From Leptospirales bacterium (GTDB taxonomy: Bacteria > Spirochaetota > Leptospiria > Leptospirales > Leptonemataceae): 64,000 nt of DNA. The position numbers and the translations under genes were made by a program. A model generated the notes under the pieces. It did no database searches, was not told the origin of the DNA, and worked only from the letters and a program-made list of their open reading frames with translations. The DNA lies in NCBI GenBank assembly GCA_019694685.1, contig JAIBBM010000024.1, forward strand, positions 698 through 64,697, written 5' to 3'. Below are positions 1-10,350 of the stretch, piece after piece; position 1 is the stretch's first letter, and every line of letters starts with the position of its first letter.

Positions 1-142
1 CCACCAGACCGACGGTCTTGCCGCGGGCTATTTTGAACGAAACAGAGTCGAGTACGATCTTATGGCCATGAGTCCTTCGAAAGATACCTTTCTGGATTGG
101 GAACCCGACTCGAACGCCTTGCAATTCGAGGAAGGACTCCAT
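1..142 (-). CDS. ABC transporter ATP-binding protein, N-terminal fragment (gene runs off the left edge)
   Basis: Not in the ORF track (<60 aa). Reverse-strand translation from ATG at 142..140 gives MESFLELQGVRVGFPIQKGIFRRTHGHKIVLDSVSFKIARGKTVGLV. This is the typical N-terminal strand region leading into the Walker A loop of Opp/Dpp-type ABC ATPases. The frame stays open to position 1. Confidence 0.6.
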   Translation of the reverse strand, partial: MESFLELQGVRVGFPIQKGIFRRTHGHKIVLDSVSFKIARGKTVGLV

Positions 143-152
143 GGCTTTTGGA

Positions 153-506
153 TTACCAGTTCTTCTTGTTTGCGAAGTCTTCTTTGATAGACTTCGGGAA
201 AGACCATCTTGGTTTCTTGGTTGCAGGGCGCGGCTTGATCATGATCTCTTCGCCCGTGAAAGGATTACGGCCCTTGCCGCCTTTCTTTGCTTCCACGTCC
301 TTGCGAAGGAGAGTACCGACTACCGGGAACTTCACACGCTCGCCGCCGGCGGCTGCTTTGACTCCCTGCTGGAATGCTTTTTCGATCAGCGCTTTGAGAT
401 CACTGCGCTTCAATTTCACTGTGCCGTTTTTTCCGGCTTCTGCGATTTCAAGAATGCCTTCCTGGAGAACATCAAGAAAAGAGAATTTGCTAGCTGATTT
501 GGCCAT
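153..506 (-). CDS. HU/IHF-family DNA-binding protein (atypical, extended N-terminus)
   Basis: 117 aa. The C-terminal half, VKFPVVGTLLRKDVEAKKGGKGRNPFTGEEIMIKPRPATKKPRWSFPKSIKEDF, matches the HU beta-arm signature (GRNPxTGExI followed by F.P.K.LK). Confidence 0.8.
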   Translation of the reverse strand: MAKSASKFSFLDVLQEGILEIAEAGKNGTVKLKRSDLKALIEKAFQQGVKAAAGGERVKFPVVGTLLRKDVEAKKGGKGRNPFTGEEIMIKPRPATKKPRWSFPKSIKEDFANKKNW

Positions 507-557
507 ATCCTGTTGTTTCTTTTTATTGGAAGATATCCTGCAAGTAAAATTTCAAAA

Positions 558-1001
558 TCAATGACCCTGCACTTCTTCTTCGTTCGCTACCTGCTTTAGA
601 TCGATCAAAGTAGAACTCAATCTCATCATGCATGCGCGAAGGCGATCTGGATCATTCTCGTAACGCCCGGCTATCTGCAGTTCCTCCATCGCATGATTGC
701 GGAGTGCTTCTGCTCGTCTTTTGTGGCGATCATCCCCAACTTCAGCCAGAAGGTCCGCGGCCCGCCTGATCTGACCCGTTAGATAATGGATGAAATGCTT
801 AAAATCGGAAACGGTCTGGGGATTCTCCCGGATGACGTGCTTGAGCTTCTTTACATTTGGCCGATCCGTGTCTTCCAGGACCAGGCGGAATGGTCCCTGT
901 ATGCGGAAAACCTCGCTTTCGCGAGCAGGCACGATTCCGATCGTCATATTCCGTCCCCGGGACTTCATCGACTCACTTCTGACTCTGGCCCGGGCGTTCA
1001 C
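558..1001 (-). CDS. hypothetical protein
   Basis: 147-aa ORF packed between the purT stop (1011) and the HU gene. The first codon is GTG; alternative ATGs lie at 968 and 947, the latter preceded by GGGGA. No motif recognised. Confidence 0.45.
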   Translation of the reverse strand: MNARARVRSESMKSRGRNMTIGIVPARESEVFRIQGPFRLVLEDTDRPNVKKLKHVIRENPQTVSDFKHFIHYLTGQIRRAADLLAEVGDDRHKRRAEALRNHAMEELQIAGRYENDPDRLRACMMRLSSTLIDLKQVANEEEVQGH

Positions 1002-1010
1002 AAGACAAAA

Positions 1011-2204
1011 TCATAGGAGTCGAATGCTTGCGGCCGAATTTCTCGCCGCCTCACGCGCCTTCTCTACAGTCTGGCCCAGGGCAAGCGCCACACCCAGGCG
1101 CCTCTTTCCGTGGATCTCAGGCTTTCCAAAAAGTCTAAAATCCGTATCTGCTCCGTTCAAAGCATCCTCCAGGCCTTCCAGAACCGGGGCATCCGAATCT
1201 CCTTCCATAAGCAAGGCGCAAGATGCGGCCGGACCATACGAATGAATTGTGCCGATCGGCAGGCCAAGGATGGCGCGGGCATGCAGTGCGAACTCGGAAC
1301 GATTCTGCGAAATCAAAGTTACAAGACCCGTGTCATGCGGTCTGGGAGAAACTTCGCTGAAATAGACCTGATCCCCTTTTACAAAAAGCTCCACGCCAAA
1401 GATGCCCCGCCCTCCCAGACCGTCCGTGATGGACTTCGCAATCGACTGCGCCGCAGTCAGAGCCTTCTCGCTCATTGGTTGCGGCGTCCACGATTCACGA
1501 TAGTCGCCATCTATCTGTAGGTGACCGATCGGGTTCATGAAATCCGTCCCGCCTGAATGGCGCACGGTCAGTAGAGTGATTTCGTAATCAAAGGGGATCC
1601 ATTCCTCAACAATGACGCGTCCGCCTTTCGCACGCCCTCCTGTCATCGCATACTGCCAGGCCTTCGCTACATCCTCCTCTTTTCTTACGGTGCTCTGGCC
1701 TTTTCCGGAGGAGCTCATGACTGGCTTGATCACGCAGGGCATTCCGATTTCGCGCACTGCATCTTCGTATTCAGCTTGCGTCCCGGCGAAACGATAACGC
1801 GAAACTGGCAGGCCAAGCTCTTCTGCGGCGAATCGACGAATGCCTTCGCGGTCCATAGTCAGGCGAGCCGCCCGCGCCGTTGGGATGACTGTGAACCCTT
1901 CACTCTCGAGGCGTACAAGTGCGGCCGTGGCAATCGCTTCAATCTCAGGTACAATGAGAGAAGGCCTGACTTTCAAAATGAGATCGCGCAGGGCCTCTTC
2001 ATCGAGCATATTGATTACAAAAGATTCATGAGCCACCTGCATCGCCGGCGCATTCGCATAACGGTCCACTGCGATGACGTGGACTCCCAGACGCGAAAGC
2101 TCAATGGTCACTTCCCGGCCCAGCTCACCAGAACCGAGCATCATGACGCGAAATGCGCCTTTCGTGTAGGGGGCACCAAACTGATTCATGCCATGGCGTC
2201 TCAA
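1011..2204 (-). CDS. purT: Formate-dependent phosphoribosylglycinamide formyltransferase (GAR transformylase 2)
   Basis: 397 aa. N-terminal [15 protein letters not shown] loop, ATP-grasp core ([32 protein letters not shown]) and C-terminal [10 protein letters not shown] are all characteristic of PurT over the full length. Confidence 0.9.
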   Translation of the reverse strand: MRRHGMNQFGAPYTKGAFRVMMLGSGELGREVTIELSRLGVHVIAVDRYANAPAMQVAHESFVINMLDEEALRDLILKVRPSLIVPEIEAIATAALVRLESEGFTVIPTARAARLTMDREGIRRFAAEELGLPVSRYRFAGTQAEYEDAVREIGMPCVIKPVMSSSGKGQSTVRKEEDVAKAWQYAMTGGRAKGGRVIVEEWIPFDYEITLLTVRHSGGTDFMNPIGHLQIDGDYRESWTPQPMSEKALTAAQSIAKSITDGLGGRGIFGVELFVKGDQVYFSEVSPRPHDTGLVTLISQNRSEFALHARAILGLPIGTIHSYGPAASCALLMEGDSDAPVLEGLEDALNGADTDFRLFGKPEIHGKRRLGVALALGQTVEKAREAARNSAASIRLL

Positions 2205-2257
2205 TCGGGGGGATGGCAGTCAATTCCGATAAAAATCCCGGAAAATGTCTTTTGCAC

Positions 2258-2285
2258 TTTACAACTATTTGCCATGCGTTAGATT
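2258..2285 (+). promoter_or_regulatory. Candidate sigma70-like promoter for the 2319 sensor phosphatase gene
   Basis: TTTACA (2258..2263), a 16-nt spacer, then TAGATT (2280..2285), in the divergent purT/phosphatase intergenic region. GGAG lies at 2307..2310, 8 nt before the ATG. Pattern match only. Confidence 0.25.
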
Positions 2286-2318
2286 CCTGCCGGATTTCAC
2301 AGCCTCGGAGTCTTCTTC

Positions 2319-5087
2319 ATGCCAGCATCCGGACAGAGAAAAGTCAAATGGTACAAGAGTCTTAGCTTTCTAGGACTCTTCGCGCTCACACTCGTCCCCC
2401 TCTGGGATCTAGGTGGAATCTTCGCCGTGATGAAAACACAGGGAAACAAGCTGGTTTTACAGGAATCGTCTCGCCTCATTGAGCAAATTGGAAACAACGT
2501 GGTCGCCAAACTGGCGGAGCGCTCTCGCCAGATAGAAGCACTTTGCAGAAGCGAGGCGAGCGTAGGGGAACAGCTGCCACGCGATGCGCGTCTCTTCAAG
2601 CAGGTAGTACCTACCATGATCAACTTCCGCGGAGATATGAATGTAGCAGGCGGCGGAATCTGGCCCGAACCCTTTGTGTTCACGCCGGGCATAGAAAAAA
2701 GAAGCTTCTTCTGGGGGCGCGACGAACACGGCTCACTTCAGTACTTCGATGACTACAATACAAATGAGCGCGGCTACAGACATGACGAATGGTACCCGGT
2801 TGTGCGTTACTCAAGACCCGGAGAATGCTTCTGGAGTAAATCGTACATGGATCCTTATTCCTACCAGCCAATGGTTACTTGCACTGTGGCCATGCGCGAT
2901 ACTCAGGATCAATTCGCCGGAGTAGCTACGATTGATCTCAAGCTCGAAGGGCTTCATGCATTCATGGAGAACATGAGGCAGCGGACAGGAGGATACATCT
3001 TTCTACTGGATCGCAACAACAAGTTCCTCACGTTTCCAAAAGAAGAAGACGTGGAAGTTATAGGCAAAGATGAAAAAGGGAATAAGACAAGAGACTTCCT
3101 TACCATCGCGGACATGGCCAAGAAACAGCCGTTATTCGCTCCTATCGCGGACGCGGTTCACGCAATGAACAAAGACATCACAGAACGCGCGAAGAGCACA
3201 AAAGGATTCAGGGCAGACATCGCGACAAAAATCGATCATGATAGCGATCAAATTGATGCAGAAGAAGCAGAATTCATAGCCGCAGCCATCGCAGATCCAC
3301 TTGCGGAACAAACAAAAGACACATCTCTCTACAGAAAGTTCGAAATCCAGAAAGACTACATCACAGGCGAATCCGCCATTGTGTTTTTATTTCACGTTCC
3401 GCAATCCTACTGGAAAGTGATCATCGTAAAACCTTTGCGCGAAGCGGGCGCTGTTGCTTCGCAGATTACTTCTGTTCTCATCACAATGATTACAATCACG
3501 GTTCTTGTGGGTGTAGCTCTCGCAGCGCTCTTGCTCCATAGATTCTTCACCATCCCTCTGCGAAATACAACCGAAGCGGTAACGAACATCGGGCATGTAG
3601 TATCGGAAAAGCAATTTCAAGAACTGGATGCGCATAAGATCAAAAGTGTACGCGAAGATGAACTGGGCCAGCTTTCAGGAGTTGTGAATTCTCTTGCTTC
3701 TGAATTGCAGTCCAGTTACGGATCGCTCCTCGAGCTCAATCAGAACCTGGAGCAGAAGGTAGAAGATCGCACGCGAAGATTGCAGCAGACTCTGGAAGAA
3801 GTGAGCGAACTCAAAAAACGCCAGGATGGAGACTACTTCCTTACATCTCTTCTCATCAAACCGCTCGCCGTGAATCGGGTGGAAGGCAACCACACAGACG
3901 TGCGTTTCCTCATGAAGCAAAAGAAGTCGTTCATCTTTAAAAACCGAGAAGATGAACTTGGCGGGGACATTTGTCTGGCAGATACGATTCACCTGCACGG
4001 CAGAACATTCACTGTTTTCTTGAATGGAGATGCGATGGGCAAGTCCATCCAGGGCGCAGGCGGAGCACTGGTGCTTGGCGCCGTGGCGCGCATGATGATT
4101 GAAAGAACCAAGCTCACCATGAGTATGCAGAATCTGTATCCGGAACGCTGGTTGAAAAATGCGTTCATCGAATTCCAGAAAATGTTCGAAAGCTTCGACG
4201 GCAGTATGCTCGTATCCGTTGTCCTGGGTCTCATAGACGACGACAGCGGAGTGCTTTACGTCATCAACGCGGAACATCCACGCACTGTTCTATATAGAAA
4301 CGGGAGAGCAGCTTTCCTCGAAGAAGATACCATCCACAGAAAGCTGGGCATTGGTGGACTGGACGGAAAACTTCAGATTGGCACGTATCAACTGGAAACA
4401 GGGGATGTGATCATCGCAGGATCGGACGGCAGAGACGACATACTCATTGGAATGGGACAGGACGGAACCCGCACAATGAACAGCGATGAAACGCTGTTTG
4501 TAAAACACGTGGAAGCAGGAAATGGAAATCTGGATCAAATCTACTCCGGTCTAGTAGAAAGCGGGGAAATCACAGACGACCTTTCGCTTCTGCGCGTGGA
4601 ATACAGGAAGGAAGCAAGCCCCGAACGAAAAGCATCTCAGGAAGCAATTTCCAGAGAGCGCGCGCTTGCAAAGGGAGGCGATCAGACAGGTGGAGTGCGC
4701 GAACTCGAAGGTGCTCTGGGAAGAGATCCACTGAACCCTGAACTTGTGCGGCCCCTCATCAAATACTATCTAGAAAAGAAGAACTTCGCACGCACTGCAG
4801 AAATCGCAGAACCGCTCGCAGAGGCCGGGCATCTGGACAATGAATTCGCATTCGTCACGGCTCATTGCCGCAAGAAACTCAATCGCCTCAAAGAGGCAGC
4901 GGACATGGCGGAAAGAGTGTATCTGCGAGAACCTGAGCTTGCAAAGAATTTGTTTCTTCTCGCGGAAGTTTATGCGAGGATGGGAAACATTGCGCGCGGT
5001 GCAGATTTCCTGGACAAAGCAGAGAAGCTCGATCCGGGGAACCCGGCCGTTGCCAAAGTGCGCGCGATGTTTGGAACTCAGAACTGA
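2319..5087 (+). CDS. Membrane sensor protein-serine phosphatase: extracytoplasmic Cache-like domain, HAMP, coiled coil, PP2C/SpoIIE domain, C-terminal TPR-like repeats
   Basis: 922 aa. Two TM segments (LSFLGLFALTLVPLW; ITSVLITMITITVLVGVALAALLL) flank a roughly 330-aa outside domain. HAMP: DELGQLSGVVNSL. PP2C motifs: ELGGDICL, FLNGDAMGKSIQGAGGALVLG, YVINAEHP, IAGSDGRDD. The C-terminal helical repeats (AEVYARMGNIARGADFLDKAEKLDPGNP) look like TPR. Confidence 0.85.
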   Translation: MPASGQRKVKWYKSLSFLGLFALTLVPLWDLGGIFAVMKTQGNKLVLQESSRLIEQIGNNVVAKLAERSRQIEALCRSEASVGEQLPRDARLFKQVVPTMINFRGDMNVAGGGIWPEPFVFTPGIEKRSFFWGRDEHGSLQYFDDYNTNERGYRHDEWYPVVRYSRPGECFWSKSYMDPYSYQPMVTCTVAMRDTQDQFAGVATIDLKLEGLHAFMENMRQRTGGYIFLLDRNNKFLTFPKEEDVEVIGKDEKGNKTRDFLTIADMAKKQPLFAPIADAVHAMNKDITERAKSTKGFRADIATKIDHDSDQIDAEEAEFIAAAIADPLAEQTKDTSLYRKFEIQKDYITGESAIVFLFHVPQSYWKVIIVKPLREAGAVASQITSVLITMITITVLVGVALAALLLHRFFTIPLRNTTEAVTNIGHVVSEKQFQELDAHKIKSVREDELGQLSGVVNSLASELQSSYGSLLELNQNLEQKVEDRTRRLQQTLEEVSELKKRQDGDYFLTSLLIKPLAVNRVEGNHTDVRFLMKQKKSFIFKNREDELGGDICLADTIHLHGRTFTVFLNGDAMGKSIQGAGGALVLGAVARMMIERTKLTMSMQNLYPERWLKNAFIEFQKMFESFDGSMLVSVVLGLIDDDSGVLYVINAEHPRTVLYRNGRAAFLEEDTIHRKLGIGGLDGKLQIGTYQLETGDVIIAGSDGRDDILIGMGQDGTRTMNSDETLFVKHVEAGNGNLDQIYSGLVESGEITDDLSLLRVEYRKEASPERKASQEAISRERALAKGGDQTGGVRELEGALGRDPLNPELVRPLIKYYLEKKNFARTAEIAEPLAEAGHLDNEFAFVTAHCRKKLNRLKEAADMAERVYLREPELAKNLFLLAEVYARMGNIARGADFLDKAEKLDPGNPAVAKVRAMFGTQN

Positions 5088-6646
5088 CGGAGTAAATCAG
5101 CGGCAGGTTGCACAATGCGGTTAAGCATTTTCTCCGTTGCGATGATCGCGGCCATGACCTGATCGCAGTCCACACCAACTGTGCGAAAGGATCTGCCTTC
5201 TGCAGGGGCCCACTCAATCATCGCTTCCACGAGCGCGTCTGTTTTTCCTCCAGGTGGAATGCGCACTTCGTAGTCCATAAGTTGTGGAAGCTCGATTCCA
5301 ACTCTCTTCGCGATGAGCTCGAGTGCCTTCATGAAGGCATCGTATCCGCCGTTTCCTTCTCCTGTTTCTTCGTACGTTTGACCGTTGAAGTCAAGAGTGA
5401 CTTTCGCACGAGGCTTTCCCTGAAGAGTGGAATGAATTTCTGCGCTCTTGATTCGAATCTGTCTTGAATCGCCTGATCCAAACAGATCTTCCATAAGGAA
5501 AGGGAGATCATCCGGAGTGACTGTTTGCTTTTGTTCACCCAGCTGTTTGATTCGATCGAGGAGTAGAAGTTCCTTTTCTGGAGGAAGTTGAATGCCCAGC
5601 ATTCCCAGGTTATTGGAAACAGACGCTTTGCCTGCGAGCTTTCCTAACGCGTATACTCTCTGCCGCCCGAATCTTTCCGGAAGAATTGGATTGGCGTATA
5701 GATTATTCTTCTTGTCTCCGTCTGCGTGAATGCCCGCAGTCTGGGTGTAAACATCGTGACCCACTACCGGGTGATTTGCGGAAATCCTTTTGCCACTGAA
5801 TGTTTCCACAAGGCGCGAAACATCCACGAGAGCTTTTTCATTCACACCTGTTTGCACTCGCAATTTATCATGAAGTGCTGTGACGACTGCTTCGAGAGGA
5901 GAGTTCCCTGCTCTTTCCCCCAGACCATTGACTGCACAGTGAATTCCAACAACACCTTCGCTTACTGCCGCCAGACAGTTTGCAGTGGCGAGATCATAAT
6001 CGTTGTGACCATGAAAATCAATTTGAATGTCCGGATAGAGATCAAAAATATCTCTGAGACCCGCGCGTACTTCATCGGGACTCATGATTCCAAGAGTGTC
6101 CGGGAAAAGAAAACGATGAATGGGGAGATTGCGAAGAGCACCGACCATTTCGCGCACGTAATCAGGCGAATGCAGAAATCCGTTAGACCAGTCTTCGAGG
6201 TACACATTCACTCGAAAGCCATGCTCTTCACCGTATCTCACTGTCTTTTCAATGTCAGCCAGATGCTGAGCCAGAGTCTTTCCCAGCTGTTCGCGGCAGT
6301 GTTTGAGAGAACCTTTTGTAAGCAGATTGATGGCGCGGCCGCCCGCTTCACCGATCCAATCAATGGAGCCTTTGTGATCCGTAAAACCAAGAAGTTCAAT
6401 GCGATCTGCCACACCCTTCTCATGGGCCCATACGAAGATCTCTTTTACAGTCTCGTGCTCTCCGCGCGAAACGCGGGCACTTGCCACCTCAATGCGATCC
6501 ACGCATACCTGCTCCAGTAAGAAGCGCGCAATTTGCAGCTTCTCAAATGCAGAAAAACTCACTCCGTGAGTCTGCTCTCCGTCACGGAGAGTTGTGTCCA
6601 TGATCTCTATTCGTCGCACAGGGGGCCTGCTTATCAAGATAGCCAA
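5078..6646 (-). CDS. cimA: (R)-citramalate synthase (Leptospira CimA type; 2-isopropylmalate synthase family)
   Basis: 522 aa. Contains MDTTLRDGEQTHGVSFS, VYLEDWSNGF, FPDTLGIMSPDE, FHGHNDYDLATAN, NGLGERAGN, and a C-terminal regulatory domain with YEVRIPPGGKTDALVE. The collinear resemblance to the characterised Leptospira interrogans citramalate synthase is from memory, not from a search. Confidence 0.85.
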   Translation of the reverse strand: MAILISRPPVRRIEIMDTTLRDGEQTHGVSFSAFEKLQIARFLLEQVCVDRIEVASARVSRGEHETVKEIFVWAHEKGVADRIELLGFTDHKGSIDWIGEAGGRAINLLTKGSLKHCREQLGKTLAQHLADIEKTVRYGEEHGFRVNVYLEDWSNGFLHSPDYVREMVGALRNLPIHRFLFPDTLGIMSPDEVRAGLRDIFDLYPDIQIDFHGHNDYDLATANCLAAVSEGVVGIHCAVNGLGERAGNSPLEAVVTALHDKLRVQTGVNEKALVDVSRLVETFSGKRISANHPVVGHDVYTQTAGIHADGDKKNNLYANPILPERFGRQRVYALGKLAGKASVSNNLGMLGIQLPPEKELLLLDRIKQLGEQKQTVTPDDLPFLMEDLFGSGDSRQIRIKSAEIHSTLQGKPRAKVTLDFNGQTYEETGEGNGGYDAFMKALELIAKRVGIELPQLMDYEVRIPPGGKTDALVEAMIEWAPAEGRSFRTVGVDCDQVMAAIIATEKMLNRIVQPAADLLRQF

Positions 6647-6704
6647 AATTTTCAGATTGCCGCCTATGTAAACGCAGATCGACTCCGAAAATAAAGCTGG
6701 GCCT

Positions 6705-7535
6705 ATGAAACTTCGCAGAGTATCCCTTTCCGTCCTCGGTTTTTTGCTCGCCTCTGCTGTATTTTCAGCCCTGCCCCGTGTGGCCCCGCTGATGGAAGGT
6801 CTTTCCGGTAGCGGCCAGAGCCCCGGCTATAGCAGGGTTCCCATACTCTGCTTTCACGATCTAAACGGCCGGGGCCGTTATTCGATCACGAGCGCCACAT
6901 TTCGTCATTTCATGAAAAGGCTACGCGATGAGAACATCGCTGTGATCCCGCTGGCAGAAGTGGTGGAACGATCCCAGAATAAACGGCTCCTTGAGAAACC
7001 CGCCGTTGCCATCACTGTGGATGACGACTATGAAGGAGCCGTTCGAATTGCGGCTCCCATCCTTCGCGAATTCGGTTACCCTGCCACGTTCTTCGTTTAT
7101 ACAGGCGGGATTCATACAGATCCAGCAGAGGGCATGTCCTATGACGATCTTCGCCGTCTCCTGAAAGAAGGATTTGACGTTCAAAATCATTCGCACACGC
7201 ACACTGCCTTCCATGTTCCGCGAAAAGGTGAATCCGCAGCGGAATACGAACAGAGATTAGTTGTGGAAATTGAGGATTCGCGCAAAATTCTAGAAAAGAA
7301 TCTAATGGGACATAAGATTCGCTTTTTCGCCTATCCAATGGGTTACCACACTCCCGCACTGCGCGAAAGAGTATTTAAGGCAGGTTACGAACTGGTTGTG
7401 ACGACAGACGCACGTCCAGTGGACCTTACGCGCCCGTTTAATGGCTCATTTGACAGGCGAACCATTGAACTGGACGGCGGCGTTGCAGAATTAATTTTCG
7501 AACAAGCAATTCAGATCGCGAAAAAGGCGATTTAG
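6705..7535 (+). CDS. Exported polysaccharide deacetylase (NodB homology domain)
   Basis: 276 aa. Signal peptide MKLRRVSLSVLGFLLASAVFSA. NodB motifs ITVDDDYEG, ATFFVYTG and HSHTHTAF. Confidence 0.8.
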   Translation: MKLRRVSLSVLGFLLASAVFSALPRVAPLMEGLSGSGQSPGYSRVPILCFHDLNGRGRYSITSATFRHFMKRLRDENIAVIPLAEVVERSQNKRLLEKPAVAITVDDDYEGAVRIAAPILREFGYPATFFVYTGGIHTDPAEGMSYDDLRRLLKEGFDVQNHSHTHTAFHVPRKGESAAEYEQRLVVEIEDSRKILEKNLMGHKIRFFAYPMGYHTPALRERVFKAGYELVVTTDARPVDLTRPFNGSFDRRTIELDGGVAELIFEQAIQIAKKAI

Positions 7536-7560
7536 CGTCACAAACGCCCGATAATTACGA

Positions 7561-7589
7561 TTGACACGACCTTTTTATCGTCGTACTAC
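7561..7589 (+). promoter_or_regulatory. Candidate sigma70-like promoter for the cyclase operon
   Basis: TTGACA (7561..7566), an exact 17-nt spacer, then TACTAC (7584..7589). AGGGGG lies at 7595..7600, 7 nt before the TTG start at 7608. The implied leader is very short, so this is tentative. Confidence 0.3.
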
Positions 7590-7607
7590 CTGGCAGGGGG
7601 CGGAACC

Positions 7608-10343
7608 TTGATCGCGGAATTGAAAACGACAGACCTCGTCCTAAACGGAGGAGAAATTAAGATCGCAGACGGCAACTCCTGGATGGGAGCCGGCGATGGA
7701 ATCAACCATGCCCTCGATGACCTGGCGGAAATTGGCGTCCAGGAACTGCTCATCTACGCACAAAAGAACGAAGTCCCCAAAGAACTCATTCGTGCAGTCA
7801 AAGCAAAGGGACTCACTGCATCTCATATTCAGCCACACAACATCCTGGAAGGTGGAGATTTTACTCCAGTGCGCAAACATCACGGCGCGCTTCTTTCGCG
7901 CGCGCGAAAACACAGCAGCGCTGTCGTGTACGTTGGTCATCATGAACCAGACGATCTTCTCTTCTTCCTTGCCGGACTGGTTCTATTCTCGCACCGCGAA
8001 CTAACCGCAATCGAAGCCTGTCGCACCGTCGCAGATTCTGATGGCAATGAGGCGGTACACGAAGCTCTGAACCGTTATGCGGAATTCCTCAGAGAAGAAT
8101 CAGGCCACTCGCAAAAGAACGGAAAAAGCACTGTCGTCTCTCCTTCACACGAAGATGCGGATGCTCATGCATTTCTCGCGCGCACAGCTCCTCCGGCGGC
8201 CACGCAGCCTACAGATGTAGAAGCTGTTTCCATGGCGGCAGCCCTCTCGCCCAGAGAAAAAGAAACGGAAGCTCCGGTTCCAACTCCAGTCGCAGAACCT
8301 TACTCACCGCCAGAAGCCATTGAGCCTCCCGCACCGGTGCCTGCCGTAGTCGAAAGCCAGAAATTGCCTGAAAAAGCAGAGACAAAGCCTGCCCCGAAAC
8401 CCGCGTCTAAGCCCGCCGGCGGAGAAATCCGAAAACTGGATCATTCTTTTAAACCATCGAAATTCACTATTAAAGTGAAGCTTCTCTCCATCATTTCCGC
8501 GGTGATTGTGGGAGCTCTCACTGCGATGATCTTCCTCGCTACTTTCTTCTTTAGAAGAGACAGCGAAAGAAGCATCCAGGGAAGTAACCTGAGCATTACG
8601 GAAATCATTGGTCTGCAGCTGCAGTCCGAAATTGAAACGATTTCGTACAAATCCCACCTGATGGGGACAACTCTCGAGCAGCCACAGGCCGCGGATCAAA
8701 AGAAAGTGTTCATTGATCTATTTCTACAGAACAATGCGCATTTCATGTTCATTGGAGTGGCAAGACGCGCAGGAGATGCGATCATCATCGGTCAAAGTGT
8801 GACCAATGACAAATTCCTCAAAGACAACAACATCTCTCAGGAAGACATCACTCGCCTCAACCAGCAAAACGGAAAAGCATTCCTGGCCTCCTTCGGGGGT
8901 GCGACCATCGTACACAACGCTTCGCAGGGATTCAAAATTCCACTGATTGCAGTGAGCGTTCCTCTCGCACGTGGCGAAAGCATAGTTGTAGCGTATCTCG
9001 ATCCTGGAACATTCATTAAGGCGTTCCAGCAAACTACACAGGCTCTCCCAGGAACCACCGCATTCCTTGTGGATCAGGCGGGAGATGTGATTGCACATCC
9101 GGATTCAAAGCTTGTATTGAGCGGCACTAACCTCGCAGATTCTCCCATCATCAAGGCTCTACTCGAAAGCAAGGTCGACAACGGCCAGATTCGCTATTCA
9201 GATAAGAACGGATGGAATCTGGGCGCGTACAAAAAGCTCAGCGTGGGCGGACTTGGGATCGTATCTACTGCGGAAGAAAACGTAGTATTTGGCCCTGTAT
9301 TTGCGATTCAAAGACGAAACATTTACATCATGGTGATCGTAGTTGCTCTGTCGTTCATTGTAGTGTACCTGTTTTCAAAAACGCTGACTGTTCCTATTGT
9401 AAAACTAGTAGGTGCAACACAGCAAGTGGAAAGAGGCGAATATGGCATCGACATCAAGCCTGCCTCCGGAGATGAAATCGGGGATCTGACTCATTCATTC
9501 GTGAACATGGCCGTGGGTCTCGAGGAACGCGAAAAACTGAAAGATGCGATGGGCAAATTCACAAACCCTGAAATCGCGGAAATGGTCCTTCGCGGAGAAA
9601 TGAAGCTGGGCGGGGAACGCAAAGACGCGGCTATTTTCTTCTCTGATTTGCGCGGATTTACTGCGATGTCAGAGAACATGGAACCGGAAGAAGTCGTCGA
9701 ATTCCTCAACGAGTACTTCACAGATATGGTCAATTGCGTGGACGTTACGGGCGGGGTTGTGGATAAGTTCATCGGTGATGCTGTGATGGCTCACTGGGGC
9801 GCACTGTTTTCGCGCGGAAACGACACAGAAAACTCAATCAATGCAGCGATCATGATGCGAAAAGCGCTCATCGCATTCAACGAAAGACCAACGACGAAGA
9901 GCGGCAAAAAAAAGCCGATTGCGATGTTTGGCTGTGGTATCAACACTGGCCCGGTCATTTCCGGGCAGATTGGTTCGGAAACGAGACTGGATTACACAGT
10001 GATCGGTGATACGGTAAACCTCGCAAGCCGCGTTGAATCTTTGAACAAACCTTTTGGAACGGACATACTGATCACAACGGATGCCTACGACAGAGTGAAG
10101 GATGTATTCCAGGTAGAAGAGATGCCTGCGATCAAAGTCAAAGGAAAATCAGAAGCGCAAATCATCTATGCAGTTCTTGGGCGACTGGACGATCCAGAAA
10201 GACCAAAATCTCTGAAAGAACTTCGTTCACTCGTCGGCATCAAATTCGACGAAGAAAAAGCATCCAAAATGGAACAGGCTGCTTCCGGCGAAGGAGAAGT
10301 GAAATACGAAGTAATCGGCGACAAATCGAAGGACGCGCACTGA
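7608..10343 (+). CDS. Membrane-bound class III adenylate/guanylate cyclase with N-terminal cytoplasmic domain, Pro-rich linker, extracytoplasmic sensor region and HAMP
   Basis: 911 aa with a TTG start. Cyclase motifs: AAIFFSDLRGFTAMSE, FIGDAVMAHWG, GINTGPVISGQIGS, YTVIGDTVNLASRVESL. HAMP: GDEIGDLTHSFVNMA. TMs: IISAVIVGALTAMIFLATFFF and IYIMVIVVALSFIVVYLF. Confidence 0.9.
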   Translation: MIAELKTTDLVLNGGEIKIADGNSWMGAGDGINHALDDLAEIGVQELLIYAQKNEVPKELIRAVKAKGLTASHIQPHNILEGGDFTPVRKHHGALLSRARKHSSAVVYVGHHEPDDLLFFLAGLVLFSHRELTAIEACRTVADSDGNEAVHEALNRYAEFLREESGHSQKNGKSTVVSPSHEDADAHAFLARTAPPAATQPTDVEAVSMAAALSPREKETEAPVPTPVAEPYSPPEAIEPPAPVPAVVESQKLPEKAETKPAPKPASKPAGGEIRKLDHSFKPSKFTIKVKLLSIISAVIVGALTAMIFLATFFFRRDSERSIQGSNLSITEIIGLQLQSEIETISYKSHLMGTTLEQPQAADQKKVFIDLFLQNNAHFMFIGVARRAGDAIIIGQSVTNDKFLKDNNISQEDITRLNQQNGKAFLASFGGATIVHNASQGFKIPLIAVSVPLARGESIVVAYLDPGTFIKAFQQTTQALPGTTAFLVDQAGDVIAHPDSKLVLSGTNLADSPIIKALLESKVDNGQIRYSDKNGWNLGAYKKLSVGGLGIVSTAEENVVFGPVFAIQRRNIYIMVIVVALSFIVVYLFSKTLTVPIVKLVGATQQVERGEYGIDIKPASGDEIGDLTHSFVNMAVGLEEREKLKDAMGKFTNPEIAEMVLRGEMKLGGERKDAAIFFSDLRGFTAMSENMEPEEVVEFLNEYFTDMVNCVDVTGGVVDKFIGDAVMAHWGALFSRGNDTENSINAAIMMRKALIAFNERPTTKSGKKKPIAMFGCGINTGPVISGQIGSETRLDYTVIGDTVNLASRVESLNKPFGTDILITTDAYDRVKDVFQVEEMPAIKVKGKSEAQIIYAVLGRLDDPERPKSLKELRSLVGIKFDEEKASKMEQAASGEGEVKYEVIGDKSKDAH

Positions 10344-10350
10344 GGACATC

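Noticed and set aside
5726-6520. 264-aa ORF antisense to cimA (similar cases: 3675..4277, 48285..48950, 18475..19068, 22512..23105)
   Set aside because: Each lies wholly inside a confidently identified gene on the other strand and has a Cys/Arg/Phe-rich, motif-free translation.
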